DNA of 64,000 bases from an uncultured Chloroflexia bacterium (lineage in GTDB: Bacteria > Chloroflexota > Anaerolineae > DAOTYC01): the NCBI GenBank assembly GCA_963843645.1, contig CAWJLE010000005.1, forward strand, positions 119,494 to 183,493, given 5' to 3'. Position 1 is the stretch's first letter; every line of letters begins with the position of its first letter. Shown here one piece after another: positions 28,272-37,809 of the stretch. The position numbers and the translations under genes were made by a program. Below the pieces are notes generated by a model. It saw only the letters and a list, made by a program, of their open reading frames with translations. It made no database searches and was not told where the DNA came from.

Positions 28272-29945
28272 TTAGTAGTTGCTGTTCGCGTAGATCTTGA
28301 CGCGCCGTCTCGGCTCTTTGCCGTGGCTGTGGGACACCAGGTTCGCCGCTCGAATCAACTGATGCTGCTGCCTCCGAACGTAAGCGTTCTGGGGAGACAG
28401 CTCGACCGGCCGCGCGCTGGCCAACACTCGCTGGATGGCGTCCTGAGTCTCGCGCATGGCCGTCGATATCTCGTCCTCTTCCTCGTACGGTACACCGAAG
28501 ATGTCGGCCAGCGTACTGGCCATCTGATTCGCCGTGTTGGACCGCAAAACGTAGACAGGAATGCCACGATTCTCAGCCTCGATGATGGCCTGCGGCCGCT
28601 TACGATAGTAGTTCTTGATCGTCAACACGACGTCGGCGTCGTCCAGGGTCTCGGCGAAGGCGATGGGCACGTTCAGATCCTGAGCGGCCTCGCGAAGCCG
28701 GTTCTGACCGATCCCGTAGCTATATACGTGCAGCGTCGCACGAGCGCCCAGCGTCGACTGCGGCACGCGGAAATCCGGGTCCGATTCGCTGTACTCGGAC
28801 TCCAGCGCGCGCCGGTTGTACGCCGGCTCCGGGGCACGCCGGCTCCGCTCCAGCCGAGGGCTCGGCTTCACCAGCAGCGGCCGGAAGGCCGTGTCGACGG
28901 TGCTCGGCACCCACTCCGCCCGTTCGGTCCGAATGTTGCCCTCTTCGTCTCGGTACCGCATCTCCGCCGGAATCGGGCGGCCGCGCAGCAAACCGTCAAC
29001 GGCTGCCGCGACTTCCGGATGGATGGCCAGGTGCTGCCATTGCTGAATCTCGATCAGCACGTCGAACGTGGGCGGCGCCTTGCGCTCCAGGACGGACTTC
29101 TGGGTCCCTCGGCGGCGCGCTTCCTCGTCGCTCAGAGTCACGCTCTGTATGCCACCGACCAAGTCCGACAGGGTCGGGTTCAGCATCAGGTTATCGAGTG
29201 TCTGCCCATGCGCCGTACCGACCAGTTGCACGCCACGCTCGGCGATCGTTCGGGCCGCAGCTGCTTCCAGCTCCGTCCCGATCTCGTCGATGACGATCAC
29301 CTCCGGCATGTGGTTCTCCACGGCCTCGATCATCACGGCGTGCTGCTGGCTGGGCGTCACAACCTGCATGCGACGGGCTCGCCCGATGGCCGGATGCGGA
29401 ATGTCGCCGTCCCCCGCAATCTCATTCGAGGTGTCGACGATGATCACCCGCTTCTTCTCGGCCAATACACGCGCCACCTCGCGCAACATCGTGGTTTTGC
29501 CCACACCCGGCCGGCCCAGCAGCAGTATGCTCTGCCCGCTCTCCACCAGGTCCTGAATGATTTCGATCGTGCCGTATACGGCGCGACCGACGCGGCAAGT
29601 AAGACCTACGATGCGTCCCTTGCGATTGCGAATGGCTGAAATGCGGTGTAGGGTGCGGGCGATGCCGGCGCGGTTATCGTCGCCGAAATCGCTTATCCGG
29701 GCAATGACGTAGTCCAGGTCCTCTTCTGTGACGTCTTCATCTCTCAACACAACTTCGCGATTCAGGAAACGGGCCTCGGGCTGGCGTCCCAGGTCCAACA
29801 CCACTTCCAGCAGTTCGTTGCCGTGGTTTTCTTCCTTCAACCGGCTTTCGATCGGAGGCGGCAAAATCGCCAGAAGCGCCTCGAGATCGTCCGTTATCTG
29901 TTGTTGCATAGATAGTGAGTCCTCAAGTCGATCGTTGCACCGCAC
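28272..29945 (-). CDS. AAA-type ATPase with C-terminal R3H nucleic-acid-binding region (SpoIIIAA/Ycf45-like)
   Basis: LLLGRPGVGKTTMLREVARVL (Walker A), RVIIVDTSNEIAGDGDIPHPAIGRARRMQV, VIVIDEIGT (Walker B). The C-terminal third is a nucleic-acid-binding-like region of about 180 aa. The alternative start at 29909 is not excluded. Confidence 0.75.
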   Translation of the reverse strand: MRCNDRLEDSLSMQQQITDDLEALLAILPPPIESRLKEENHGNELLEVVLDLGRQPEARFLNREVVLRDEDVTEEDLDYVIARISDFGDDNRAGIARTLHRISAIRNRKGRIVGLTCRVGRAVYGTIEIIQDLVESGQSILLLGRPGVGKTTMLREVARVLAEKKRVIIVDTSNEIAGDGDIPHPAIGRARRMQVVTPSQQHAVMIEAVENHMPEVIVIDEIGTELEAAAARTIAERGVQLVGTAHGQTLDNLMLNPTLSDLVGGIQSVTLSDEEARRRGTQKSVLERKAPPTFDVLIEIQQWQHLAIHPEVAAAVDGLLRGRPIPAEMRYRDEEGNIRTERAEWVPSTVDTAFRPLLVKPSPRLERSRRAPEPAYNRRALESEYSESDPDFRVPQSTLGARATLHVYSYGIGQNRLREAAQDLNVPIAFAETLDDADVVLTIKNYYRKRPQAIIEAENRGIPVYVLRSNTANQMASTLADIFGVPYEEEDEISTAMRETQDAIQRVLASARPVELSPQNAYVRRQQHQLIRAANLVSHSHGKEPRRRVKIYANSNY

Positions 29946-29952
29946 GCGTGAG

Positions 29953-31008
29953 TCAATCGCGCAGGGGGCCGGCTACGGCCGCAGCCGGCGCTGACACGGA
30001 TTCAGGACCCGTCTCGCTGTTGAGCAACGTGACTGTCGGCGTAGATGGGTCAACCCGCTTGTCGATTGCGTTCAAGAGCTTTGGGAATGGTTCCTTGATC
30101 AATACGGTGGTGTGTTTGACCATGGCGGCTTGCCGGCCGAAAGACTGGAAGCCTTTCTCGTGCAGGGCCGGCAAAACTCCCCCCTGATACTCACGCACGG
30201 CGGTATATACTGGCTTGGCCGCCCAGCTCGATATGCGATCCAAGCCGAAATCCAATAAAGTGTCCACTTTGTTGCGAGCGCGTGGTGACAGTGTCACGTC
30301 CATCCAGTGCCCGGCGCTGCCGGGCCGGATCTGCAGGAAAGCGTCCAGTTTGCCGTCTTCGCTCTCGAGTACGTACATCTCTTCGCCCCACATGTGCATG
30401 TGGTTGCTGACGACGTGCCAGCTAAACGGCGACTGCCCCTCCGCCATCTGCACCAGTCGTGGCGTCACCTCGAGATAGAGATCTCGCAACCGCCTCTCAT
30501 CTCCTCCGCGCGGGCGACGCAGCCTGCCCGGGAACGGCGTGTGACGGCATGGGGGCAACGCGTCCAGCCGCAGAATCTCTTCTCGGGCATAGATCGTGAA
30601 GCCGACCTGTCGGAAGACCTGGACTTCGTCGCCGCCGCTGGGCAGACTGACCAGCAACCGCTGAACGCCGCCTTCCGCGGCCTGGGCGCTGGCGTATGTG
30701 ATGAGCTTATTCCATAGATTCTGCACTTCAGGTCGGTCCGACAAGGCAGGGGAAACGTAGACGATCTCAGCTTCTGGTCGTCCGGGACGCTCCACCATTT
30801 GCAGCATCCCGGCCAGGAGTCCGCCCTTGATTTTTTCACGCACCAGCCACGTGTGGCTCAAAGGTTCAGGAACGAAGATGGTCGAGGAGAGGGCGCGCCA
30901 AAACGGTGACACCGGTCGTACCAACATCCGCTGCACACCCAGAGATGTTCCTTTGCTTCCCAGCTTCCGCAGAAGCCAGACATGTTCAAGTCCCAATGGC
31001 TCAACCAA
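29953..31008 (-). CDS. Hypothetical protein, possibly tandem GNAT-like acetyltransferase folds
   Basis: A 351-aa product with TTG start 5 nt after GAGGGG. Two segments share a GNAT-like pattern (…QRLLVSLPSGGDEVQVFRQVGFTIYAREEI… and …KPVYTAVREYQGGVLPALHEKGFQSF…). I did not see a clear acetyl-CoA P-loop. Confidence 0.4.
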   Translation of the reverse strand: MVEPLGLEHVWLLRKLGSKGTSLGVQRMLVRPVSPFWRALSSTIFVPEPLSHTWLVREKIKGGLLAGMLQMVERPGRPEAEIVYVSPALSDRPEVQNLWNKLITYASAQAAEGGVQRLLVSLPSGGDEVQVFRQVGFTIYAREEILRLDALPPCRHTPFPGRLRRPRGGDERRLRDLYLEVTPRLVQMAEGQSPFSWHVVSNHMHMWGEEMYVLESEDGKLDAFLQIRPGSAGHWMDVTLSPRARNKVDTLLDFGLDRISSWAAKPVYTAVREYQGGVLPALHEKGFQSFGRQAAMVKHTTVLIKEPFPKLLNAIDKRVDPSTPTVTLLNSETGPESVSAPAAAVAGPLRD

Positions 31009-31073
31009 TCGTGCCCCTCAATTTCACACGATTTCCGCATGCGCGCGTCGGATGCTACCAAAGTACCACGATA

Positions 31074-31102
31074 ATTGTACCAATTTTCAACCTGAATGGC
31101 AA
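31074..31102 (-). promoter_or_regulatory. Promoter with extended -10 (TTGCCA-17 nt-TGgTACAAT) for the GNAT-like/R3H-ATPase/tmk/darA gene string
   Basis: On the minus strand, TTGCCA is at 31102-31097 and TACAAT at 31079-31074, preceded by TGG. It lies about 65 nt upstream of the TTG start at 31008. Confidence 0.5.
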
Positions 31103-31130
31103 ATGATGTGCGCCAATGGACCTCCTTGAC

Positions 31131-31238
31131 ATTGAGGCCGCGACGTTCGTTCCCCGGCGCCAAACGACGGCCGGGCAGGAATTCACATTCCTGCCCGGCC
31201 GTCGTTTGGCGCCGGGGAACGAACGTCGCGGCCTCAAT
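31131..31238. repeat. Perfect 108-bp palindrome: 52-bp arms with a 4-nt centre
   Basis: Left arm ATTGAGGCCGCGACGTTCGTTCCCCGGCGCCAAACGACGGCCGGGCAGGAAT (31131-31182), loop TCAC, right arm (31187-31238). I checked base by base that the right arm is the exact reverse complement. It generates mirror ORFs 31055..31252(-) and 31096..31305(+). Confidence 0.95.
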
Positions 31239-31297
31239 AAAAGCTTTGGCACGCCTTCGCTCCAGTCCGCTCAATGAGCTTGTGCTGGGCGCGGCTA

Positions 31298-31634
31298 CTA
31301 ATTGACTGGCGCGCCGGCGAACAGCGGACACGTGGGACAGGCAGCCGGCAGAGTTCCTTGCGAGGCCATCCGGGCCGACCAGCAAGCCCATTCCGGATGC
31401 AGGTAGGCCGCGCACTTCCCGCGGTTTTCTGGGCTGCAGCCATGAAGCGACCAGCAAGTCGGGTGGGTCGACGGACGCGGTACGGGCTTGTGCTTCGGCT
31501 GCGATTTCGACCCCGGCCTCCGCTTCCAAACGGTCATACAAACGAGTCATGGCATATCCGATTGTCAGGGTGATTGCCAGCGGTACAATGCAGCGCAGAG
31601 CAAACAGCATCGTTATGGCACTTACTTCTCTCAT
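31298..31634 (-). CDS. Small membrane-anchored Cys/Trp-rich protein (one frame break near 31465)
   Basis: ATG at 31634 lies 7 nt after GGGAGG. MREVSAITMLFALRCIVPLAITLTIGYAMTRLYDRLEAEAGVEIAAEAQARTASVDPP (one TM) continues in ORF 31298..31537 as TCWSLHGCSPENRGKCAAYLHPEWACWSARMASQGTLPAACPTCPLF. It is the last gene of the kinase/regulator operon. Confidence 0.6.
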
Positions 31635-31763
31635 CGCCCCGCCTCCCGACAAGTCCTGTAGGTGCAGACTGTCATCCCTATCCTCAGTGTACCGTCGGTC
31701 AGTGGGTTTGTCTATCGGGGGAACGACCCATTTCGGCGTGGGCCTAACAGGCCAAAAAAGCGT

Positions 31764-32423
31764 TTACTCTTCGATTTCGATCAACCCCTTCCTGATGGCG
31801 TATTTGACCAGCTCCACGCGACTGTGAAGGTTTAGCTTCTCCATGATGTTATCGCGGTGGCGATCGACGGTCTTGATGCTAATGATCAGCCTATCCGCGA
31901 TCTCGGCGTTGGTCAGTCCCTGGGCGATGAGGACCAGAACCTCCTGCTCGCGGGGCGTCAGCGCGTCGTAGAGCGCCCATTCGCTGTCGGCTTTCGGACG
32001 CTTCAGGTAATCTTGTACGAGCCGGGTGGCCAACGACGGGTAGAGGAACACGTCACCCCTGATGACGGTCTGTATGGCCGTTATCAGTTCGTCCGGCGCG
32101 GCGCGCTTGGGCACGTAGCCCGAAGCCCCCGCTTTGAGCATCTCGAAGAAGTATTGGTCGTCTTCGTGCATCGTCAATGCCAGCACAGCGGTCTCGGGTG
32201 TGCTCTCCTTGATGCGTCGCGTCGCTTCGATGCCTCTCATCTCCGGCATCTGGATGTCCATCAGGACAAGGTCGGGGCGTAACTCACGGGCGCGCTCCAC
32301 CGCCTGGGTCCCGGTTTCGGCTTCACCGACGATCTCGATGTCGGGCTGCGCCTCCAACAGCATCCGCAGTCCAGATCGAACTACGGCGTGATCATCCGCC
32401 AGCACCAGCCTGATCTTGGGCAT
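31764..32423 (-). CDS. NarL/FixJ-family response regulator (receiver + LuxR-type HTH)
   Basis: ATG at 32423 after [26 protein letters not shown] ... DLVLMDIQMPEM ... LTPREQEVLVLIAQGLTNAEIADRLIISIKTVDRHRDNIMEKL. Confidence 0.92.
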   Translation of the reverse strand: MPKIRLVLADDHAVVRSGLRMLLEAQPDIEIVGEAETGTQAVERARELRPDLVLMDIQMPEMRGIEATRRIKESTPETAVLALTMHEDDQYFFEMLKAGASGYVPKRAAPDELITAIQTVIRGDVFLYPSLATRLVQDYLKRPKADSEWALYDALTPREQEVLVLIAQGLTNAEIADRLIISIKTVDRHRDNIMEKLNLHSRVELVKYAIRKGLIEIEE

Positions 32424-34483
32424 TGCCGTCCTCCTCTGCGCTCGCTCGAATCGTAACGTGGATCGTCGTTCCAGAGCCGGGCTTCGATTCGATCTGGCAC
32501 TCACCACCTACCAGAGTCACACGTTCCTTCATGCCGAGCAGACCCCAACTGCGGCGCTGTCGCGTTCCTGGGTTCAGCATCTCGTCCGGGTCGAACCCCC
32601 GGCCATCGTCCTGGATTTCCAGCTGCACGGTGCCTGTCTCGAAGACCAGCCGCACGACGACGCAATTCGCATTCGCATGCCGGGCCACGTTCGTCAGGCT
32701 TTCCTGGACGATGCGGAAGATCACCGTCTCGATCTCGGGCGACAGAGGGTGCCGCTCTCCCTCGAGCACCAGCCGTGTCTTGATCCTCGTCTGTGATTTC
32801 GAAGTCTTGAAGTTGTCCGCGCAAAGCCGGGGTAAGCCCCAGATCGTATAAGACGGACGGGCGCAAATCGGCGATGACGTTGTGAACTTCCTGCAGGGCC
32901 TGGCTGCTGAGCGCTTTGAGATTGGTCAGCTGGCGTGCGGCCGTCGCTGGGTCCGAGTTCACGCTCTCGGTGGCGGCCGCCAGCCCAAGTCCGAGAGCAG
33001 TGAGCACCTGGCCGGTCCCGTCGTGCAGTTCGCGGGCGATGCGCTGGCGCTCCTTTTCCTGCGCCGCGACGACGCGGCGGAGCATCTCGCCCCGCAGCTC
33101 TTCGCGCGCCTGGACTTCGCGGTACAGCGTTGCATTATCAATGGCCATGCTCAATTGCCCCGCCACGGTCTGAATCAGCGACAGGTCACGGACGGCGAGG
33201 GGCTCCGTTGACGGTTTTGCGCACAATAGCAGGCTGCCGGCGATGCGGCCCTTGATCCTCAACGGCACGCACACAGTCCGGCCGCCCTCAGTCGTCGTGG
33301 CCGTTTCAATGGCGTCCGGAAGCGACTTCGCCCCATCGATGATTCCGGACAGCTCACCGGTGTCGAGCACACGGCGTGCAATGTCGCGCGCCTGCTCCAC
33401 ACACACCGAGTTTGCGCTGTCGGCTCCACAACTGACCTCCGTCGGTCCATTCGTTCGATCTCGCAGCACAATCAGCCCAAAGGCGATGCGAGGCAGGCTG
33501 CTGACGATCGTGGCCACCGCTTGACGCAACAGCACGTTCACATCGAGTGAGGTCACCAGGCCGCGTGAGACCTCGAAGAGCATGAAGAGGTCCTGCACGG
33601 CCATCTGCAACTGGCGATTGAGTTTCTCAGTCTCGTTGCGGGCCTGCTGCTGCGCTTCCAGCGCTTCGCGCTGCGCAGTCTGGCGGGCTTCATTGGCGGC
33701 CGTCCATGAGTGCTGGCGCTCGATTTCGAAAGCACGCAGCATCCTGATGATGAACAGGGTAATTGCACCGGCATCGACCGCGCGAAAGAGCTGGATTGGG
33801 ATGCCGAACCACTCGCTGAAAAGCGTGGAGTTGACGATCGTGGACGGAAATAAGAAGCTCGATTCCAGGAAGGTTTGACCGACGGCGCCATAGAGGAACA
33901 GACCCAGGGCTGCCCATAAGAGATCGCGGCGCGGATTCGGCATCCCACGAGCCTGCATGGCTCGCTGTTCCAGCACCATGCCCCAGGCCGCCAGCAGCGC
34001 GCCTGGAATCGCGAGGATGTAGCGCGCCAGCACGTCGGCGGCCGCCACCATGGCCGCCGGTTGAGGCCGATACCACCATTCCGTCGACGAAACGCTGACG
34101 ACCCACAATCCGAGCAGGCTGGTTCCTACGAGGATCGTCACGCGACGGGCTTGGCCATCCTGAAGCGAGGAAAATGCCAGCTGTGCACCGAACAGGACCA
34201 ACAAGAAGAACGAGGCGGCCAACACGAGGACGCGGATGCCGTCCCACGCCGGCGTGGTCAGGCTGGACGCGAACTCGCCCGTCTGCCCGAACATATCGAT
34301 CCATCCGTGGGCGCCGTGCACGATGCCGAATCCGGCCAGAGTGCGCATCGTGCGGGCAATCCTCGGCTCGGGTGCCCGGCCGGATTGAAGCCAAACGGCC
34401 AGGCCCATACTAAAGAAGGCCAGGCCGTAGAAGAAGAACACGACCACAAGGTTGCGCTCAAAGAACAGGCTCAGCGCATTCAT
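32392..34483 (-). CDS. Sensor histidine kinase: polytopic membrane domain - GAF - HisKA_3 - HATPase_c (one frame break near 32775)
   Basis: ORF 32501..34483 has about 6-7 TM segments, a GAF-like region, and [22 protein letters not shown] (HisKA_3 H-box). ORF 32392..32769 has the ATPase domain ([16 protein letters not shown] ... DDGRGF ... GLLGMKERV). The frames join at ...ITDEDQDT|[11 protein letters not shown]. Confidence 0.9.
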
Positions 34484-35919
34484 GGCCCGGCTGACCGAAG
34501 TCGCTCCTCAATTAGAGCCTTGACTACGTTCGGGTTGGCCTTGCCCCGGGTTTGTCTCATGACCTGCCCCATCAGGAAGCCGGACGCCATCTGCTTGCCG
34601 GCTCGGAAGTCCGACACTGCTTTCGGGTTCGCGGCGATTACCTGATCGACGATCCGGCTCAGCTCGTCCTGATCGCTGATCTGCAGCAAGCCGCGCTCCT
34701 GGACGATCGACTGTGCGCTCGCCCCGGTGTCGAACATGACTTCCAGCACCTGCTTACCCGTGGCCATGCTGATCGTTCCCTGGTCGATGAGGGTCAGCAG
34801 CTCGGCCAGCTGAGTAGGCGTGATCCGCAGCGCTTCGATCGCTTGGTCTGTGAGCTTCAACAACCGGAAAACCTCGCCGAGGATCCAGTTGCACACCGCC
34901 TTGGCGTCGCCGTGGGCACGAACGGCGGCCTCGAAGAACTCCGCCACGGCCCGATCTCCGGTTAGCTGGCGAGCGTCGTAAGCCGACAGCCCGTACTCCT
35001 CGATGAACCGCTCGCGCTTAGGGTCGGGCAGCTCCGGCAGCCGGCTGCGCAGCTCATCCAGGTACTTCTCACTCAAGCAGAGCGGCGGCAGGTCGGGTTC
35101 GGGAAAATACCGATAGTCGTGGGCTTCTTCCTTGCTGCGCTGGACGACCGTCACGCCGCGGGCGTCGTCCCATCCCATCGTCACCTGCTCAACGCGGCCG
35201 TGCCGGTCAAGGACCTCCGCCTGGCGCTCGATTTCGTATGCCAGCGCCTGCTCGACCGCCCGGAAGGAGTTCAGGTTCTTGACTTCGACCTTGGTGCCGA
35301 ATTCCGTGGCGCCCTCCGGCTTCAGCGAAATGTTGGCTTCGCACCGCATGGCGCCCTCTTCCATGTTGCCGCTGCTCACGCCCAGATAGCGCAGAATCGC
35401 GCGGAGCTGCGTGAGGTACTCGCGTGCTTCCTCGGCGCTGCGGATATCCGGCTCGGTCACGATCTCCATCAGCGGCACGCCGGCCCGGTTGAAGTCAACC
35501 AGGCTGTATTCGCCGATGTGGGTGAGCTTGGCCGCGTCTTCTTCGAGGTGAATGCGCCTGATGCGGATGCATTTCAAGCCGCCGCCGACCTCCACGTTCA
35601 AGCAGCCGTTTTCGCACAGCGGCAACTCGTACTGGCTGATCTGGTAGTTCTTCGGCATGTCAGGGTAGAAATAGGATTTCCGAGCAAAGCGACTGAAATC
35701 GTTGATTCGGCAACCGAGGGCCAGTCCCGTCATCACCGTACACTCGACTGCGCGGCGGTTGATGGCAGGCAGCACGCCCGGCATGCCCGTACAGACGGGG
35801 CAGCAATGCGTGTTCGGTGCAGCTGCGGCGAGGTCGACGTTGCTGCACGAACAGAACATCTTGGAATCTGTCTGAAGTTGAGCGTGGACTTCCATTCCGA
35901 CGATGACTTCGTATTTCAA
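34480..35919 (-). CDS. gatB: Aspartyl/glutamyl-tRNA(Asn/Gln) amidotransferase subunit B
   Basis: [25 protein letters not shown] ... [15 protein letters not shown] ... C-terminal GatB/YqeY domain. The product is 479 aa. The stop overlaps the kinase start (ATGA at 34480-34483). Confidence 0.95.
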   Translation of the reverse strand: MKYEVIVGMEVHAQLQTDSKMFCSCSNVDLAAAAPNTHCCPVCTGMPGVLPAINRRAVECTVMTGLALGCRINDFSRFARKSYFYPDMPKNYQISQYELPLCENGCLNVEVGGGLKCIRIRRIHLEEDAAKLTHIGEYSLVDFNRAGVPLMEIVTEPDIRSAEEAREYLTQLRAILRYLGVSSGNMEEGAMRCEANISLKPEGATEFGTKVEVKNLNSFRAVEQALAYEIERQAEVLDRHGRVEQVTMGWDDARGVTVVQRSKEEAHDYRYFPEPDLPPLCLSEKYLDELRSRLPELPDPKRERFIEEYGLSAYDARQLTGDRAVAEFFEAAVRAHGDAKAVCNWILGEVFRLLKLTDQAIEALRITPTQLAELLTLIDQGTISMATGKQVLEVMFDTGASAQSIVQERGLLQISDQDELSRIVDQVIAANPKAVSDFRAGKQMASGFLMGQVMRQTRGKANPNVVKALIEERLRSAGP

Positions 35920-36063
35920 TTTGGTTCTCCCACCGCGATGATACGTTGATTATAACACGAAGGCGGGCCATCGTCACGTGGCTTTTGGCGGGGCGACGCC
36001 TGGTTCCGATTTCGCGGCACCGGCGACCACCTCGGTTTGCCCTACCACCGCCCACGGCCGAGG

Positions 36064-36822
36064 TTACGCCGCGCGCGCCCAGCGGGCGAGGAGCGGTCCG
36101 AGGAAGGCAATGACCGCCCCGCCGAACAGCAGGAACGGCCCGTAAGCGATGTAGCTCTTCATAGTCTTGACGCGGGTCAGTACCAGGATGAGGGACACGA
36201 TGCCGCCGGAGAAGATACCGATGACCAAAGCCGTAATGATGTTGGGAAAGCCGACTACTGCACCGATGAACGCGGCCAGCTTGACGTCGCCCGCGCCCAT
36301 CCCGCCGGGTTTCACCAGCGCGACGATGAAGAAGAAGCCGAAACCAACTGCTGCGCCGATTATGGAATCCATTGGCTCCGGTATTCCAGGCAATAACGAG
36401 CCCGCCAGCGCGATCACAATGGCTGGGAGGATGACGACGTTGAAGATGAGGTGTTGCTCCAGGTCCGTGATGAGCACGACCAGAAAGACGCAGGCATACA
36501 GCGCGTACAGCACAAACGCGGGCGTGAGACCCCGCGTCAGGTAGATGCCGATTAGAACGACGGCCGCACCCAGTTCTACGATGAGATGGCGTAGAGACAG
36601 CCCGGTCTTGCACTCCGGGCAGTGGGAGCGGCCGGTCACGTAACCGACAGCCGCGATCCAGTTCAGCGCCGGTCGAGCGGCGCCGCAGGCTGGGCAGGCC
36701 GGACAGCCGCCAATTCGCCGACGAGCCAGCAAAGCGTCCGCCACGTAGTCGACGCCGGCCCCGATCAGAACACCCAACAACGCGACGAGTCCAATGATCA
36801 TTGCCGCTCCTGCTTCGCTCAA
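36064..36822 (-). CDS. pilD: Prepilin peptidase (peptidase A24, type IV leader peptidase)
   Basis: N-terminal Cys pairs (GGCPACPACG ... HCPECK), then a polytopic A24 domain with GMGAGDVKLAAFIGAVVG (catalytic Asp motif). The product is 252 aa. Confidence 0.85.
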   Translation of the reverse strand: MSEAGAAMIIGLVALLGVLIGAGVDYVADALLARRRIGGCPACPACGAARPALNWIAAVGYVTGRSHCPECKTGLSLRHLIVELGAAVVLIGIYLTRGLTPAFVLYALYACVFLVVLITDLEQHLIFNVVILPAIVIALAGSLLPGIPEPMDSIIGAAVGFGFFFIVALVKPGGMGAGDVKLAAFIGAVVGFPNIITALVIGIFSGGIVSLILVLTRVKTMKSYIAYGPFLLFGGAVIAFLGPLLARWARAA

Positions 36823-36872
36823 CTACTCAATGACTGGCCCACCAAAGTGGTGGGAGCGAGACCCAACGATGA

Positions 36873-36901
36873 TTGACAAAAGCCCCTGCACGCAGTAGAA
36901 T
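36873..36901 (+). promoter_or_regulatory. Sigma70-type promoter TTGACA-17 nt-TAGAAT
   Basis: TTGACA at 36873-36878 and TAGAAT at 36896-36901. It lies in the divergent gap upstream of the membrane-protein gene at 36962. Confidence 0.5.
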
Positions 36902-36961
36902 CGACTTGCCCGTACGCCTGAGAGCAGCGAACGGAGATCGCCCCTTGAAGAGGACGCCCTG

Positions 36962-37795
36962 TTGGCCGAAACGCAACGCCAGAACAGCAAGTACTCGCAG
37001 CGATTGAGTATCACTGTGGGCATCGTCATGCTGGGCCTGGTGTCTTCGCTTCTGATCCACCTCCCGACCCGCATACTGACGTTCAACGTCCTGGGCTCGC
37101 CTCTCAGCTTTCATCTTTCGGGCCGCTACGTATTGGTGGCCCTCGTCGTCGGGCTGACCTGCACTGGCACCGACTCCCTGATTCGCACGCATCCTATGGC
37201 GGAGCGCCGGCAGTTGCGGGGCACCTTCTCTATGTGGACCATCTCCGCGCTGTTGGTGCTTCTCGCGACGTTGGCCCTGCTGCGCGCGCCGAACCGTGGC
37301 ATATGGGTATTCGGCGTCGTGCTGGTTGGCATCCTGCTAGCCCTGTCGATGGTCGCCGAGTATCACACGATCGACCCGGCAGATCCCCGCTTCCGCACGT
37401 CGCAGGTGTTTCTCAACGTGCTGACGTATGCCCTGGCGCTGATCATGTTCGTGATCGTGTACGGGGCCAAATCGCGCAGCCTGCTCTCGGCGACCACGCT
37501 GCTGATCGTTGCCACGCTGCTCAGCCTGGAGCTCCTGCGTGTGACGGGGCTCCAGATGTCGGCGATCATCCCGTATGCGCTGGTCACCGGCATGATCGTC
37601 GGCGAATCAGTATGGGCCTTGAACTACTCGCGTGTGCCCGGCCTCGTGGGCGGCTTGCTCCTGCTGCTCAGCTTCCACGTCATTACCGGCCTGGCTTATC
37701 AGCACCTGGTCAGCGGCCTGAAGACGCGAGTGCTGGTCGAATACGCCGCAATTGTGTTCGTGGGCTTGGCTCTGGTGCTGCACTTCTCCGTTTGA
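36962..37795 (+). CDS. Hypothetical integral membrane protein (about 7-8 TM segments)
   Basis: A 277-aa ORF (TTG start as listed) that is strongly hydrophobic throughout. I recognise no family motif. Confidence 0.55.
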   Translation: MAETQRQNSKYSQRLSITVGIVMLGLVSSLLIHLPTRILTFNVLGSPLSFHLSGRYVLVALVVGLTCTGTDSLIRTHPMAERRQLRGTFSMWTISALLVLLATLALLRAPNRGIWVFGVVLVGILLALSMVAEYHTIDPADPRFRTSQVFLNVLTYALALIMFVIVYGAKSRSLLSATTLLIVATLLSLELLRVTGLQMSAIIPYALVTGMIVGESVWALNYSRVPGLVGGLLLLLSFHVITGLAYQHLVSGLKTRVLVEYAAIVFVGLALVLHFSV

Positions 37796-37809
37796 GGCCG
37801 GCCCCGACG

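Noticed and set aside
31055-31305. Mirror-image ORFs 31055..31252(-) and 31096..31305(+) that share the peptide LRPRRSFPGAKRRPGRN...CPAVVWRRGTNVAAS.
   Set aside because: The identical peptides arise because both strands of a perfect palindrome read the same, so this is not evidence of coding.
30858-31652. 264-aa ORF spanning from the kinase-operon tail through the 108-bp palindrome into the next gene.
   Set aside because: Only the first ~55 residues (TM helix plus linker) look protein-like. The conserved-looking Cys/Trp module is in another frame (31298..31537). The rest runs through the palindrome, a promoter and the 5' end of the GNAT-like gene.
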